Of a stretch of DNA of 64,000 nt, positions 18,645-31,912 are shown in pieces (the first letter of the stretch is position 1; each line of letters starts with the position of its first letter). A program made the translations under genes and the position numbers. The notes beneath the pieces were generated by a model that saw only the letters and a list, made by a program, of their open reading frames with translations, did no database searches and had not been told where the DNA came from. The stretch spans positions 182,194 through 246,193 of the forward strand of contig CAZYBO010000002.1 in assembly GCA_964645205.1 (NCBI GenBank), given 5' to 3'. Origin of the DNA: an uncultured Rickettsiales bacterium (GTDB taxonomy: Bacteria; Pseudomonadota; Alphaproteobacteria; Rickettsiales; SXRF01).

Positions 18645-19607
18645 TGCGCTCAGATCGCAATGGTTGATGCGCGCGCTTGCCTGCGCCTGCACCACCGGCT
18701 TCGCGTGGTAAGCCACGCCTAAACCCGCTTCCAACAACATCGGCAAGTCGTTGGCACCGTCGCCGACAGCGATCACGTTTTGGGTGGAAATACCCAAATT
18801 TTTGCACGTATCCTTAAGCGTTTGCAGCTTGGCTTCCTTGCCTAAAATGGGCGGGATGACGCGGCCGGTGAGCATGCCGTTTTCGACTTCCAGCCGGTTG
18901 GAGAAATCTTCGTGGAAGCCTAATACATCGCGCACGCGGGAGGTAAAAAACGTGAACCCACCGGAAACCAGTACCGTGTATCCACCTTGTTTGCGCATCG
19001 CGGCAATCAACTCTTTCGCGCCCGGCATCATTTTTACGCGCTCGTCATAGCATTGCTGCAGCGTGGATTCGCTCAGGCCTTTGAGCAGGGCGACACGCTC
19101 GCAAAGCGCTTGTGCAAAATCTAATTCGCCGTTCATCGCGCGCTCGGTGATGCGTGCCACTTCCGCTTTCTTACCCACGAAATCGGCCATTTCGTCGATA
19201 CATTCCACGGTAATCATGGTGGAGTCCATATCGCTGATCAGGAGCTTTTTGCCATGATGTGGAGCCGCTTGTACGATGGCGTCTATGGACTGAGAACCAA
19301 TAATTTCTTGTACGATAGCATCAATAATCTCCCTCTCCCTTTCAGGGAGAGGGTTGGGGTGAGGGTTCTCTCCGCCTACTCTATCTACGTTTGTATTCGC
19401 TGAACCAACCCTCACCCTGCCCTCTCCCTGAAAGGGAGAGGGGGATTCTATTTGCAGCTCGCACGCCACCTGCGGCTTGAGCCATTTAACGCTTGCCACC
19501 GCTATGGCTTGCATGGCAAGCAGGCGCGACATAGACTCGACCGCAGCCTCGCTAAGCGGCTGCTTTTTCGGATCGGCAATCAGCGTAATGACAAAATCGG
19601 AACCCAT
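18627..19607 (-). CDS. serB: phosphoserine phosphatase SerB (with an in-frame palindromic-element insertion)
   Basis: HAD motifs [17 protein letters not shown] and [10 protein letters not shown]. The start [13 protein letters not shown] was chosen inside ORF 18627..19904; it overlaps the divergent miaA start by 20 nt. Confidence 0.8.
19329..19446. repeat. ~115-bp imperfect palindromic element (REP/RPE-like) inside the serB coding frame
   Basis: CCCTCTCCCTttcAGGGAGAGGG+TTGGGGTGAGGGTT ... AACCCTCACCCTG+CCCTCTCCCTgaaAGGGAGAGGG. The two arms are reverse complements of each other, and each arm contains its own hairpin. Confidence 0.6.
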
Positions 19608-20502
19608 AAAACCTATCGTAATCCTCGCAGGCGCCACCGCCAGCGGAAAATCGGCGTGCGCGCTTTCCATAGCGGAAAAATCGGACGGCGTCATCATCAA
19701 TGCCGATTCGCAGCAGATGTACGCGGAACTGCGCATCCTCACCGCCCGCCCTACGCTGGAAGAAGAAGCGCGCGCGCCGCACCGTTTATATGGGATTTTG
19801 CCCGCGCACGATATTTGCTCGGCTGGAAAATGGCTTAAATACGCAAAGATGGAAATCGACTGGGCGCTGTCCAACGGCCAGATGCCCATCGTCACTGGCG
19901 GCACGGGGCTTTATTTGAAGGCGTTGCTACAGGGGTTGTCCGAAATCCCTGATATCGACCCGCAGGTGCGCGAACAGGCGGTCTCCGATTACGACGCAAT
20001 GGGCAAAGAGGGGTTTTGCGAACGGCTGCGCGCGGTAGACCCGGCGTTTTTCGTGCGGCTTGCCGTCTATGACCGCCAGCGGCTCATCCGCGCTTATGAG
20101 GTATGGCTGGGGACAGGAAAGGCGCTGTCGTGGTGGCAGGATCAGCCGTCGCAACCGGCCTATCCGAGAGAGGCTTTTAGAATTTTTACGATGGATATAG
20201 ATAGGGAAACCCTCTACGCACGCTGCGACGCACGGTTTGCCGCCATGCTGAAGCAGGGGGCGGTAGAAGAGGTGAAAAATTTACTACAATTACAACTAAA
20301 AGACGAATTACCCGCGATGAAGTCCGTAGGCGTGCGGGAAATCCGCCGCATGATCGCAGGAGAGCCGCCGGAGGTCTGCATTAGTGACGCAAAGCAGGCC
20401 ACGCGCAATTTCGCCAAACGCCAATTGACATGGTTTCGCAATCAGTTACAAGAGGCGCTTCCGATTTCCGATGCAGACACGTTGTCAAAAAATCTTCTCT
20501 AA
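19588..20502 (+). CDS. miaA: tRNA dimethylallyltransferase
   Basis: Internal start [23 protein letters not shown] (P-loop), plus ADSQQMY. Confidence 0.9.
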   Translation: MTKSEPIKPIVILAGATASGKSACALSIAEKSDGVIINADSQQMYAELRILTARPTLEEEARAPHRLYGILPAHDICSAGKWLKYAKMEIDWALSNGQMPIVTGGTGLYLKALLQGLSEIPDIDPQVREQAVSDYDAMGKEGFCERLRAVDPAFFVRLAVYDRQRLIRAYEVWLGTGKALSWWQDQPSQPAYPREAFRIFTMDIDRETLYARCDARFAAMLKQGAVEEVKNLLQLQLKDELPAMKSVGVREIRRMIAGEPPEVCISDAKQATRNFAKRQLTWFRNQLQEALPISDADTLSKNLL

Positions 20503-20545
20503 ACCGTCATTATTCTTTTCGCTTCGCCTGCATTACAGTTAATAC

Positions 20546-22768
20546 ATGACAACGCATTCATCGCCCCAAAACGGCACGCACGCCCATGACACACTGATTT
20601 TCCTCAGTTCTTCGACACCGGAGAAGCTGCGCGACTACCAGATGATCTGTGAGGCGAAGAAACTGCCGATCCATTTTCTCGGTGCGCATGAATTGCTCGA
20701 TGCTATTCATTCATCAGAAGAAAATACGAAAACTTACCGCGGCAACGCGCTCGACAAGCTGAAGAACTTAAAACTGGCATTGCAGCTATTGCCTAACGGC
20801 GAAGCGATCATGCAGAAAAAATGCGAACAGTACGGGTTTACGTACAATCCGCAGAATATTTATTTTGCGACGGAAGATAGCGGATCGCATATTCCTAAAG
20901 ACATCTGGGCAAAGGTAGACAAGACCGGTATCCCTCAGAAAGCATTAAACAGTATAGACGAGAAGGGCGGGCATGGGCCCGGCGTAGAGCTTGCGCCCGT
21001 GCTCAGCAGCACGCTTGGCGCGCAGAAACTGATCGAACGGATTTACGACGCGGCGAAGCAGCTTGGATATGAAGGCAAGGATCACGTCCGTATCCTCGAA
21101 AAAGCGGTGCTGACGCTCGACCCTTTCATGACCGGTACGCAACTTCCCACGCTTATCGAAGGCAAGGGTATCAATTACCTGCATGCGCCCGATAAAAAAC
21201 CCCATCCCGGCGAGCGCGTCGGCACCTATCACTATTACCGTCCGAACGCGCATCCGGAAAAGAGTTGTGCGGAACTGGGCGAAGAATTTATCGTCAGCCA
21301 CAGCGCGCGTGCGCATGTGGTGGAAAAGCTGGCGAAGGAAACGCTGAAGATTCCCGATTATGCTCGCAAGGCGTTGCCGCTGCGCCCTGCGCCCATCGAC
21401 GATTTTTCGGTGGGATTGCTGCCGCTCACCAAAGACGCCGTGCCGCACGCCGCCATCGACGCCCTGCTCCGCCGCAGCAACGGCGCGGGTAAGCATTTCA
21501 AGGTGCGTTATCCTGAGCATGACGACTCCCCGCAGAACCGCACGTCGCGTAACTTTCTGAGCGCGGTCGACGACATCGTGCGCCATAGCGACGGGTTTAT
21601 CCTGCTGCCTGACAGCGAGCGCAAGGACACGCCGGATTCCAAATTCGAGAAATTCTACACGCTGTTTTCCCTGATGGTGGCCAAGCAGCTTGTTGCGCGC
21701 GACATGCAGAAACCTATCGTCATTTTAAATCATGACGGAAGCTGGAACGAGGCGATCGCCAACCACATGGATCTGGTGAATCTCGGCATGACCAAGGATC
21801 ACAGCATTATCGTGCACGACACTCCTGCGGGGCTTCCGCACGGCGTGCGCGTCCGCTCCAACAGCTATTTCGACGAAGTGCGCGCCGACAGCTATGACGA
21901 TGCGCTCAAGGCCGGGCTGCAGGTGCTTAATAAGCGCCGAGAACGCTATCAGCGCCGTCCGTATGCGCCGAGTGTGGAATATGAGCTGGGCGTAAAGCCC
22001 GATCCGAAGCAGTTCAAAGTGGCGATTTTCTGTTCCGCCGCCAATGAGAACGAACATCTCAACCAACAGATGGAGCGCTTAAGTTACGGGTTGTCCTCCG
22101 AAGGGTACGGCATCGTTTACGGTGCGGGTGACCGCTATACGATGGGCGCGGTGCTCAGCGGCGTTGCCAAGAACCGTAGCAGCCTTGAAATGATGAGTAT
22201 GCCCGCCGATGAATTGCATAAGAGAGCATGGATAGGCGGTTACAGCACCGAGCCGATTTTAAAATCGGAGACGGACAGGGGCACGCCTTCGCCGCTGCTC
22301 AGCTATTTTAAGCAGACCCGCAATATCTACGACCGCATGGCCGACATGCTCGATACTTGCAACGCCTTGGTCGTCGCCCCCGGCGGCGCGGGCACGGTGC
22401 AGGAATGGGTGGGGGCGCTCATGCTCAAGAAAACCGCGCCGGAATTATTTAAGAATAAACCCATAGTGATATTCAACCCGCCGTTGAACAACGAAAAAGT
22501 AAAAGTATGGGATTCCACGCTTAAAGCCCTGCTCGGCAAGGATTACGACCTGCTTACCAAAGACAAGGATAAGCTGACCACTGCGGAAGCCGAACGGCGC
22601 GAGGATCGTTGCCGTAAGCTAGGGGTTTACGTGGAAACCGACGTTCCATCGGTGGAGATGCGCATTCAGGGCTTCGCCCGGCAGTACACAACCCGTATCC
22701 AGCCTCGCTCCAGTACATGGACTGCGGATCGCAACGTCGGCAACTCGCAGGGCTATTTAGGGCTTTAA
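20546..22768 (+). CDS. 740-aa multidomain protein: N-terminal HAM1/RdgB (ITPase)-like region, a degenerate central LOG-like region, and a C-terminal LOG (TIGR00730-like) domain
   Basis: N-terminus TLIFLSSSTPEKLRDY...SEENTKTYRGNALDKL...YFATEDSGSHI...SHSARAHVVEKL parallels ITPase motifs. C-terminus VAIFCSAANEN...GYGIVYGAGDRYTMGAV...ALVVAPGGAGTVQEW...KPIVIFN parallels LOG motifs (GGGxxGxMG, PGGxGTxxE). Central GFILLPDSE...KPIVILNHDGSWN resembles the second half of a LOG fold. Confidence 0.6.
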   Translation: MTTHSSPQNGTHAHDTLIFLSSSTPEKLRDYQMICEAKKLPIHFLGAHELLDAIHSSEENTKTYRGNALDKLKNLKLALQLLPNGEAIMQKKCEQYGFTYNPQNIYFATEDSGSHIPKDIWAKVDKTGIPQKALNSIDEKGGHGPGVELAPVLSSTLGAQKLIERIYDAAKQLGYEGKDHVRILEKAVLTLDPFMTGTQLPTLIEGKGINYLHAPDKKPHPGERVGTYHYYRPNAHPEKSCAELGEEFIVSHSARAHVVEKLAKETLKIPDYARKALPLRPAPIDDFSVGLLPLTKDAVPHAAIDALLRRSNGAGKHFKVRYPEHDDSPQNRTSRNFLSAVDDIVRHSDGFILLPDSERKDTPDSKFEKFYTLFSLMVAKQLVARDMQKPIVILNHDGSWNEAIANHMDLVNLGMTKDHSIIVHDTPAGLPHGVRVRSNSYFDEVRADSYDDALKAGLQVLNKRRERYQRRPYAPSVEYELGVKPDPKQFKVAIFCSAANENEHLNQQMERLSYGLSSEGYGIVYGAGDRYTMGAVLSGVAKNRSSLEMMSMPADELHKRAWIGGYSTEPILKSETDRGTPSPLLSYFKQTRNIYDRMADMLDTCNALVVAPGGAGTVQEWVGALMLKKTAPELFKNKPIVIFNPPLNNEKVKVWDSTLKALLGKDYDLLTKDKDKLTTAEAERREDRCRKLGVYVETDVPSVEMRIQGFARQYTTRIQPRSSTWTADRNVGNSQGYLGL

Positions 22769-22788
22769 AGCAAAACCCCCGAAATTTG

Positions 22789-22817
22789 TTGACCTAAACT
22801 GGTCAAAACATTAAATT
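22789..22817 (+). promoter_or_regulatory. candidate sigma70 promoter for the ilv operon
   Basis: TTGACC, a 17-nt spacer, then TAAATT, about 35 nt upstream of the ilvI ATG. Confidence 0.35.
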
Positions 22818-22850
22818 TACTCCCTTTTCTCAAATCCTTCAGGGCGTATT

Positions 22851-24626
22851 ATGCAAAAGGCGAAAGCGGTAATTCCCGAAACCTCCGCAACCACAGAAAT
22901 GTCCGGCGCGGAAATCATCGTGCGCGCGTTGCTCGGCGAAGAGGTGGATGTGGTGTTCGGTTATCCCGGCGGTGCGGTACTGCCGGTGTATGATGCGCTG
23001 TTCAAGCAGAACCAGCTCCGCCATATTCTCGTGCGCCATGAGCAGGCGGCCACCCATGCCGCCGAAGGGTATGCGCGTTCCACCGGCAAGGTCGGCGTGG
23101 TACTGGTAACCAGCGGTCCCGGCGCGACCAACGCGGTGACGGGACTTACCGACGCGATGCTCGATTCCATCCCGCTCGTATGCATCACCGGGCAGGTGCC
23201 CACGCACCTCATCGGCTCCGATGCGTTTCAGGAAGCCGACACCACCGGCATCACGCGCTCCTGCACGAAATATAATTACCTCGTAAAAAATATCGACGAT
23301 TTGGGCGCGATCATGCATGAGGCGTTCCATGTCGCGCAAACCGGCAGGCCGGGGCCGGTGGTGATTGACATCCCGAAAAATATCATGAACCAGCTTGGTA
23401 GTTATGCGGGCAAAAAACCCGTCAACCGCCCGTCCTATCCGGCGACTGCGAAAGCCGACAGTGCGCAGGTGGAAAAAGCGGTGGCGCTCATGGCAACCGC
23501 CAAACGCCCGGTATTTTACGTCGGCGGCGGCGTGATCAATGCGGGCGCCAAGGCGTGCGCGGCGCTTACCGAACTTGTGCATATGACCGGCTTTCCCTGC
23601 ACCAACACGCTGATGGGGCTCGGCGCATTCCCCGGCACCGACAAGCAATTCATCGGCATGCTCGGCATGCACGGTTCGCTGGAAGCGAATATGTGCATGG
23701 CCGAATGCGACGTGATGATCAATATCGGCGCGCGCTTCGACGACCGTGTGACCGGCAGGCTCGATGCGTTCTCTCTCGGCTCGAAAAAAATCCATGCCGA
23801 CATCGACCCCAGCTCGATCAATAAAAACGTGCATGTGCATGTGCCCATCGTCGGCGACGCAGGTGATGTGATTGCGCAGATGACCGCGCTGTGGAAACAG
23901 AAAAACCCTAAGCCCGATCTCGCCGATTGGTGGAAAAAAATCGAAGGCTGGCGTTCGCGCAAAAGTTTCAGCTATGTGCAGGGCGAAAAAACCATCAAGC
24001 CGCAATACGCGCTGGAGCGCCTGTACGAGCTGACGAAAAATCAGGAAACCTACGTCACCACCGACGTTGGCCAGCACCAGATGTGGGCGGCGCAGTTTTT
24101 GAAATTCGATAAGCCGAACCGCTGGATGACGTCCGGCGGCTTAGGCACGATGGGCTACGGCATGCCGAGCGCGATGGGCGTGCAGATCGCGCATCCGGAT
24201 GCGCTGGTTGCATGCGTCACTGGCGAAGCCTCGCTGATGATGAATATCCAGGAACTCTCCACCATCATGCAGTACCGCTTGCCGGTGAAAGTATTCATCC
24301 TCAACAACCGCTATATGGGCATGGTGCGCCAGTGGCAGGAAATGTTCCACGGCTCGCGCTACTCCGAATCCTACATGGACAGCCTGCCCGATTTCGTGAA
24401 GCTCGCCGAAGCGTACGGCATGGTGGGCTTACGCTGCGACAAGGTGGCAGACGTCGATAAAACCATAAAAGAAATGCTCGCCGTCAAAGGCCCCGTCATC
24501 GTCGACATGCTCGTAGACCAGAACGAAAACGTCTACCCGATGATTCCTGCAGGCGCCGCGCATTACGAGCTGGTGCTCAACCCGCAGGACAAGGCTGCGG
24601 AAGTGAAAAGCAAGGATTTGCTGTAA
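22851..24626 (+). CDS. ilvI: acetolactate synthase large subunit
   Basis: ThDP enzyme. GGLGTMGYGMPSAMG and an N-terminus GAEIIVRALLGEEVDVVFGYPGGAVLPVYDAL. Confidence 0.9.
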   Translation: MQKAKAVIPETSATTEMSGAEIIVRALLGEEVDVVFGYPGGAVLPVYDALFKQNQLRHILVRHEQAATHAAEGYARSTGKVGVVLVTSGPGATNAVTGLTDAMLDSIPLVCITGQVPTHLIGSDAFQEADTTGITRSCTKYNYLVKNIDDLGAIMHEAFHVAQTGRPGPVVIDIPKNIMNQLGSYAGKKPVNRPSYPATAKADSAQVEKAVALMATAKRPVFYVGGGVINAGAKACAALTELVHMTGFPCTNTLMGLGAFPGTDKQFIGMLGMHGSLEANMCMAECDVMINIGARFDDRVTGRLDAFSLGSKKIHADIDPSSINKNVHVHVPIVGDAGDVIAQMTALWKQKNPKPDLADWWKKIEGWRSRKSFSYVQGEKTIKPQYALERLYELTKNQETYVTTDVGQHQMWAAQFLKFDKPNRWMTSGGLGTMGYGMPSAMGVQIAHPDALVACVTGEASLMMNIQELSTIMQYRLPVKVFILNNRYMGMVRQWQEMFHGSRYSESYMDSLPDFVKLAEAYGMVGLRCDKVADVDKTIKEMLAVKGPVIVDMLVDQNENVYPMIPAGAAHYELVLNPQDKAAEVKSKDLL

Positions 24627-25204
24627 TGCAAACGATCAAGGAAATCAGTCATCTTCGCAACCAGATGATCGTCAGCTTCATCCGCACCTATTCGGGTAAC
24701 GGCGCTAAATTGAAGCCGCGCGAGAAACCGCTCAGGCTGGTGGAAACGCTGAAGGAATTTTACGACCGTGGCAGCGTCGGGCCGAAGAACGCGGTCGGCG
24801 TGGTGCTGGGGCTGGATATGGAAGTCTCCGATGTGTGGCTTACGGAAGCGGCCAGCAAGATGCGCAGTTTCCTCCCGCCCGATCTGCAGGCGGCAATCGA
24901 TAAGCCCGCCGCATTCGCCGCCGTGCTGCAGAAGAGTTATGCCCCTGCGTACGAGGAATTCAAGCGCTGGGAAAAAGCGGGCAGGCAGGAGCATTTTAGC
25001 GCTGAGTTGAGTGCAAAGGCGCTGAGTACATTTCCCAAAATATGGGGTAAATATCTTATCCCTGCGCTGGAAGCGCATCATCGTAACAAGACGGCCATGA
25101 CCGGCGCGACTACCCAGCTTGCCGCCGCAATGCCGCCATCGGTCGGAAGCAAACGATTCGCCGCCGCGATGAAACCCGAAACTACATTCAACTCGCCGGA
25201 GTAA
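24626..25204 (+). CDS. hypothetical protein inserted between ilvI and ilvH
   Basis: 192-aa ORF. Its ATG overlaps the ilvI stop (TAATG) and it ends 4 nt before the ilvH GTG. Codon usage looks native. No family recognised. Confidence 0.6.
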   Translation: MQTIKEISHLRNQMIVSFIRTYSGNGAKLKPREKPLRLVETLKEFYDRGSVGPKNAVGVVLGLDMEVSDVWLTEAASKMRSFLPPDLQAAIDKPAAFAAVLQKSYAPAYEEFKRWEKAGRQEHFSAELSAKALSTFPKIWGKYLIPALEAHHRNKTAMTGATTQLAAAMPPSVGSKRFAAAMKPETTFNSPE

Positions 25205-25208
25205 ATTT

Positions 25209-25757
25209 GTGACCGAAGAAACGCTCGACATCGTCTACGACATTCCTAAAACCACGCAGGCGATCAACCGCCACACGCTTGCGGTGTTGGTGGATAACGA
25301 GTTCGGCGTGCTCGCGCGCGTGATCGGCTTGTTCTCCGGGCGCGGATACAACATTGAATCGCTTACCGTGGCGGAAGTGGAGCACGACCGCAAAATATCG
25401 CGCATCACCATTGTCACGTCTGGCACGGAAGCGGTGGTCGAGCAGATCAAAAAACTGCTGGAAAAAATGGTGCCGGTCTACAAGGTGCACGACCTCACGG
25501 TCGAAGGCGCGCATGTCGAGCGCGAGCTGGCGCTGGTGAAGGTGGGTGGAAGTGTGGAAAACCGCGTGGAGGCGCTCAAGGTCGCCGATATTTTCCGCGC
25601 GCGCGTGGTCGATTCGACGCCGGAATCGTTCGTGTTCGAGATGACCGGCGAGCTGGAAAAAATCGACGAATTTATTACTCTCATGCGCCCGCTCGGGCTG
25701 ATCGAAATCTGTCGCACCGGCATCGCCGCGATGAGCCGGGGCAAAGAGGGAGTGTAG
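25209..25757 (+). CDS. ilvH: acetolactate synthase small (regulatory) subunit
   Basis: ACT domain HTLAVLVDNEFGVLARVIGLFSGRGYNIESLTV. Confidence 0.9.
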   Translation: MTEETLDIVYDIPKTTQAINRHTLAVLVDNEFGVLARVIGLFSGRGYNIESLTVAEVEHDRKISRITIVTSGTEAVVEQIKKLLEKMVPVYKVHDLTVEGAHVERELALVKVGGSVENRVEALKVADIFRARVVDSTPESFVFEMTGELEKIDEFITLMRPLGLIEICRTGIAAMSRGKEGV

Positions 25758-25761
25758 CTTT

Positions 25762-26267
25762 ATGCACATCATCATGGGCATACTGAGCCTTGTCGTAACC
25801 GTCATGTGGATCATGTATCTCTATCAGGGGCTCAATCGCGGCAAGTGCGGCAGCCGTGGGAAATGGCATGGCATGCGCATGCGCAAGAACGCCGACTCCG
25901 ACGTCATCGAAAGCGTGTGCGACCCGCGTGAAGCCGCGATGCTGCTCATGCTCGGCATCACCGAATGCGGCGGCATGCTCACAGCTTCGCAGAAGCAGCG
26001 CATTATCGCCTCCGCCGAACAGCAGCTCGGTCTTTCTCCTACGGATGCGAATGAAATGTTTACGCTGTGCAGCTTCATGCTTGGCAAAACACCGAGCCTT
26101 GAAAAACTAGTGAAACAGTTGGCACCGGTGGTAGACGGTGCGTGCTCCGTATCCGAAAAACAGGAGCTAATCACCATGATGGTGGAAGCCGCGACCGCCG
26201 ACGGCGCAACGCTTTCGCCCGAACAGGGTGCGATGCTGGATCGTACCAAAGCATTACTGAAACTCAC

Positions 26268-26271
<4 letters not shown>
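25762..26271 (+). CDS. membrane-anchored TerB-like (DjlA N-terminal type) protein
   Basis: One N-terminal TM helix, then two helical repeats (AAMLLMLGITECGGMLTASQKQRI / ELITMMVEAATADGATLSPEQGAML) reminiscent of the TerB fold. Tentative. Confidence 0.5.
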
Positions 26272-28489
<2,218 letters not shown>

Positions 28490-28510
28490 CCGCGTACGGA
28501 TTCAGCGACT

Positions 28511-28912
28511 ATGGCAAAGACACTATTAGTCGTGGATGACGATACGAGTCTCTTGAAAGGACTTGAGAGGTACCTGCGCGAGGATGGCCATAATGTGCTG
28601 ACGGCTTCGTCCCCTGAGCTTGCATTGCAGGTGATACGGGAAAATAAAAAAGATCTCGATGGTGTCATCACCGATCTTTCGATGGGAATTCATCAGGACG
28701 CCGCTCTCAGATTGATTCGCGATATTCGCAGGCTTGGAATTTCGGCTCCTATCTTGCTGCAATCAGGTGGCGTGGATGATGAAGTGAATATGAAAAGGAT
28801 GGTTTCCACAGCGGGTGGTAATGGGTTTATTTCCAAAATAAGCCTTACCTTCTTAGAAGAGCTCCAGCAGTGGGTTGCGGCGCTTGACAAGGGGCAGGGG
28901 AAAAATCAATAG
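28511..28912 (+). CDS. single-domain response regulator (receiver only)
   Basis: LLVVDDD...VITDLSMG...LLQSGG; 133 aa with no output domain. Confidence 0.8.
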   Translation: MAKTLLVVDDDTSLLKGLERYLREDGHNVLTASSPELALQVIRENKKDLDGVITDLSMGIHQDAALRLIRDIRRLGISAPILLQSGGVDDEVNMKRMVSTAGGNGFISKISLTFLEELQQWVAALDKGQGKNQ

Positions 28913-28937
28913 TTGGTAATTGGCCTACTCTATCTCA

Positions 28938-28972
28938 TAAAAAAGCCCCCCGGTTTTTCCGGCGGGCTTTTT
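28938..28972. terminator. bidirectional rho-independent terminator
   Basis: A-run, then the hairpin AGCCCCCCGGtttttCCGGCGGGCT, then a T-run, between convergent genes. Confidence 0.6.
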
Positions 28973-28990
28973 CGTTAGCAGCGAAGCGGG

Positions 28991-29296
28991 TTACTGCGCT
29001 TTGCGTTCGTTGTGCTTCTTGTGGTAGATGTTGGCGTTCTGGCGTTTTTCCGCGTTTTTGATTTTGCGGATTTCTTTCGGGGTCATTTTGCCGTCGGCTT
29101 TGGCGGCGTCGATATCGGCTTGGATTTTGCTGTTTCTATGTTCAAGGCGTTTGGCCTCGCTGTTGGTCAATTCGCCGGATTCGACGCCCCGTTCAATGCG
29201 ACGCTCCTGATTTTCGGCGCTTCTCTGCAGGGGGCCTGCAAGTGCGGGGGTGGCGAAGGCGATGCTGGCAGCCAGCAGGACGATAGCGGTACGCAT
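28991..29296 (-). CDS. small secreted charged helical protein
   Basis: Signal peptide MRTAIVLLAASIAFATPALA followed by a K/E/R-rich sequence. Confidence 0.6.
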   Translation of the reverse strand: MRTAIVLLAASIAFATPALAGPLQRSAENQERRIERGVESGELTNSEAKRLEHRNSKIQADIDAAKADGKMTPKEIRKIKNAEKRQNANIYHKKHNERKAQ

Positions 29297-29440
29297 GGGA
29301 TGCTCTCCTAAAGTGGGTTGACGGCCTTGAGGCCTCCCTCAGCATAGCCTTGCCGCGCTAATTCGCCATTACAAATAATTTAAGTTGTACCAGCTTGTAA
29401 TTTGGGGATAATTGCCCTTCCACAGCAGGTATTTACGCAT

Positions 29441-30976
<1,536 letters not shown>

Positions 30977-30982
30977 CCGGGA

Positions 30983-31912
30983 TTATTTCTTTGCCTTAGG
31001 CGGCGGGATTTTGTGGCTGGTGTCGCCTTTGTAGAGGCGTGCGATGCGGCGCTCGGCCAACGTTTGCAGGAACTCCGCCTCGTAGTCGGGGCGGTGGCCG
31101 TTCCACAGCCCGCCTTTCTTGAAATAGTGCCACATCTTGCCTTTTTCGTCGGCGCCGAAACCAAACAGGTCGAGCGAATCGCACAGGTGAACGGCCAGCG
31201 CGATGGTGCGGAAGCCCGTGCCCGGCCATTCCTTTTCATTGAGCTTGGTCTTTGGCCTGAACCAGACTTTCTCGATATTCTCCTTGAACGCATCGGTGTA
31301 GACAACGATGCGTTGTGTCGCGGGCGATTCGACCTTCAGGCGGGTGACTTCCTTGTCCGGCGGCATCTGCCCCAGCACCTGCCTGCCCATATGCCCGATC
31401 AGCCCGCCGCCGGCGCCCCAGATGATGGCGAAATGATTCTGGCCGTAATCTCTGATCCTTCCGACCCCGGAATTGATAACGTCGAACGTCACTTTTTTGC
31501 CTACGTCGGCTTCAAATCCGTCGATCGGAGCGCTGTTCATGCGGAATACGTAATCGTGGCTGTCGATAAGCGCGCCGTAGCCCGAATTAAGCGCCGTGAC
31601 CCCGTTGGCGACCACCGCGCAGCTGATGCGCCCACGCTGCTTATGTTCGTCATGGAACGCATTAAACTCGGAGAGGTATTTGGCGAGCACGCCCCACACG
31701 TCGTCCTGCAGGTCGTCGATCTCCCCGACTTCCTTGGCTTGCAGCAGCGGCACGTCGGGGTCGTAGCGGTCGCGCAGCCACGGGTCGTATTGCTTCAGGC
31801 AGGCTAGGTCGTAGTCGCACAGGTAGCGCGGCCCATACCACCATGCGGCCGCAGCAAGGGCGGGCAGGGCGCAGGCGGCAAACGCGATAAGCAAAAACTT
31901 TTTAAGCATCAT
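30983..31912 (-). CDS. glycosyltransferase family 29 (eukaryote-type, ST3Gal-like sialyltransferase) homologue with an N-terminal signal/anchor
   Basis: Start MMLKKFLLIAFAACALPALAAAAWW. Sialyl-motif-L-like CAVVANGVTALNSGYGALIDSHDYVFRMNSAPIDGFEADVGKKVT. Motif-S-like PGTGFRTIALAVHLCDSLDLFGFG. Then WHYF...GHRPDYEAEF. The ATG overlaps the TGA of the upstream transporter. Confidence 0.8.
   Translation of the reverse strand: MMLKKFLLIAFAACALPALAAAAWWYGPRYLCDYDLACLKQYDPWLRDRYDPDVPLLQAKEVGEIDDLQDDVWGVLAKYLSEFNAFHDEHKQRGRISCAVVANGVTALNSGYGALIDSHDYVFRMNSAPIDGFEADVGKKVTFDVINSGVGRIRDYGQNHFAIIWGAGGGLIGHMGRQVLGQMPPDKEVTRLKVESPATQRIVVYTDAFKENIEKVWFRPKTKLNEKEWPGTGFRTIALAVHLCDSLDLFGFGADEKGKMWHYFKKGGLWNGHRPDYEAEFLQTLAERRIARLYKGDTSHKIPPPKAKK

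Noticed and set aside
22839-24077. 412-aa minus-strand ORF opposite ilvI
   Set aside because: The plus strand encodes a full-length ThDP-dependent acetolactate synthase. The antisense frame shows no motifs.
24563-25231. 222-aa minus-strand ORF competing with the 192-aa plus-strand ORF between ilvI and ilvH
   Set aside because: The plus-strand ORF has exact start/stop coupling to ilvI and ilvH and a more natural composition. The minus-strand one would run against the operon and overlap both neighbours. Still unverified, so the plus-strand call has moderate confidence.
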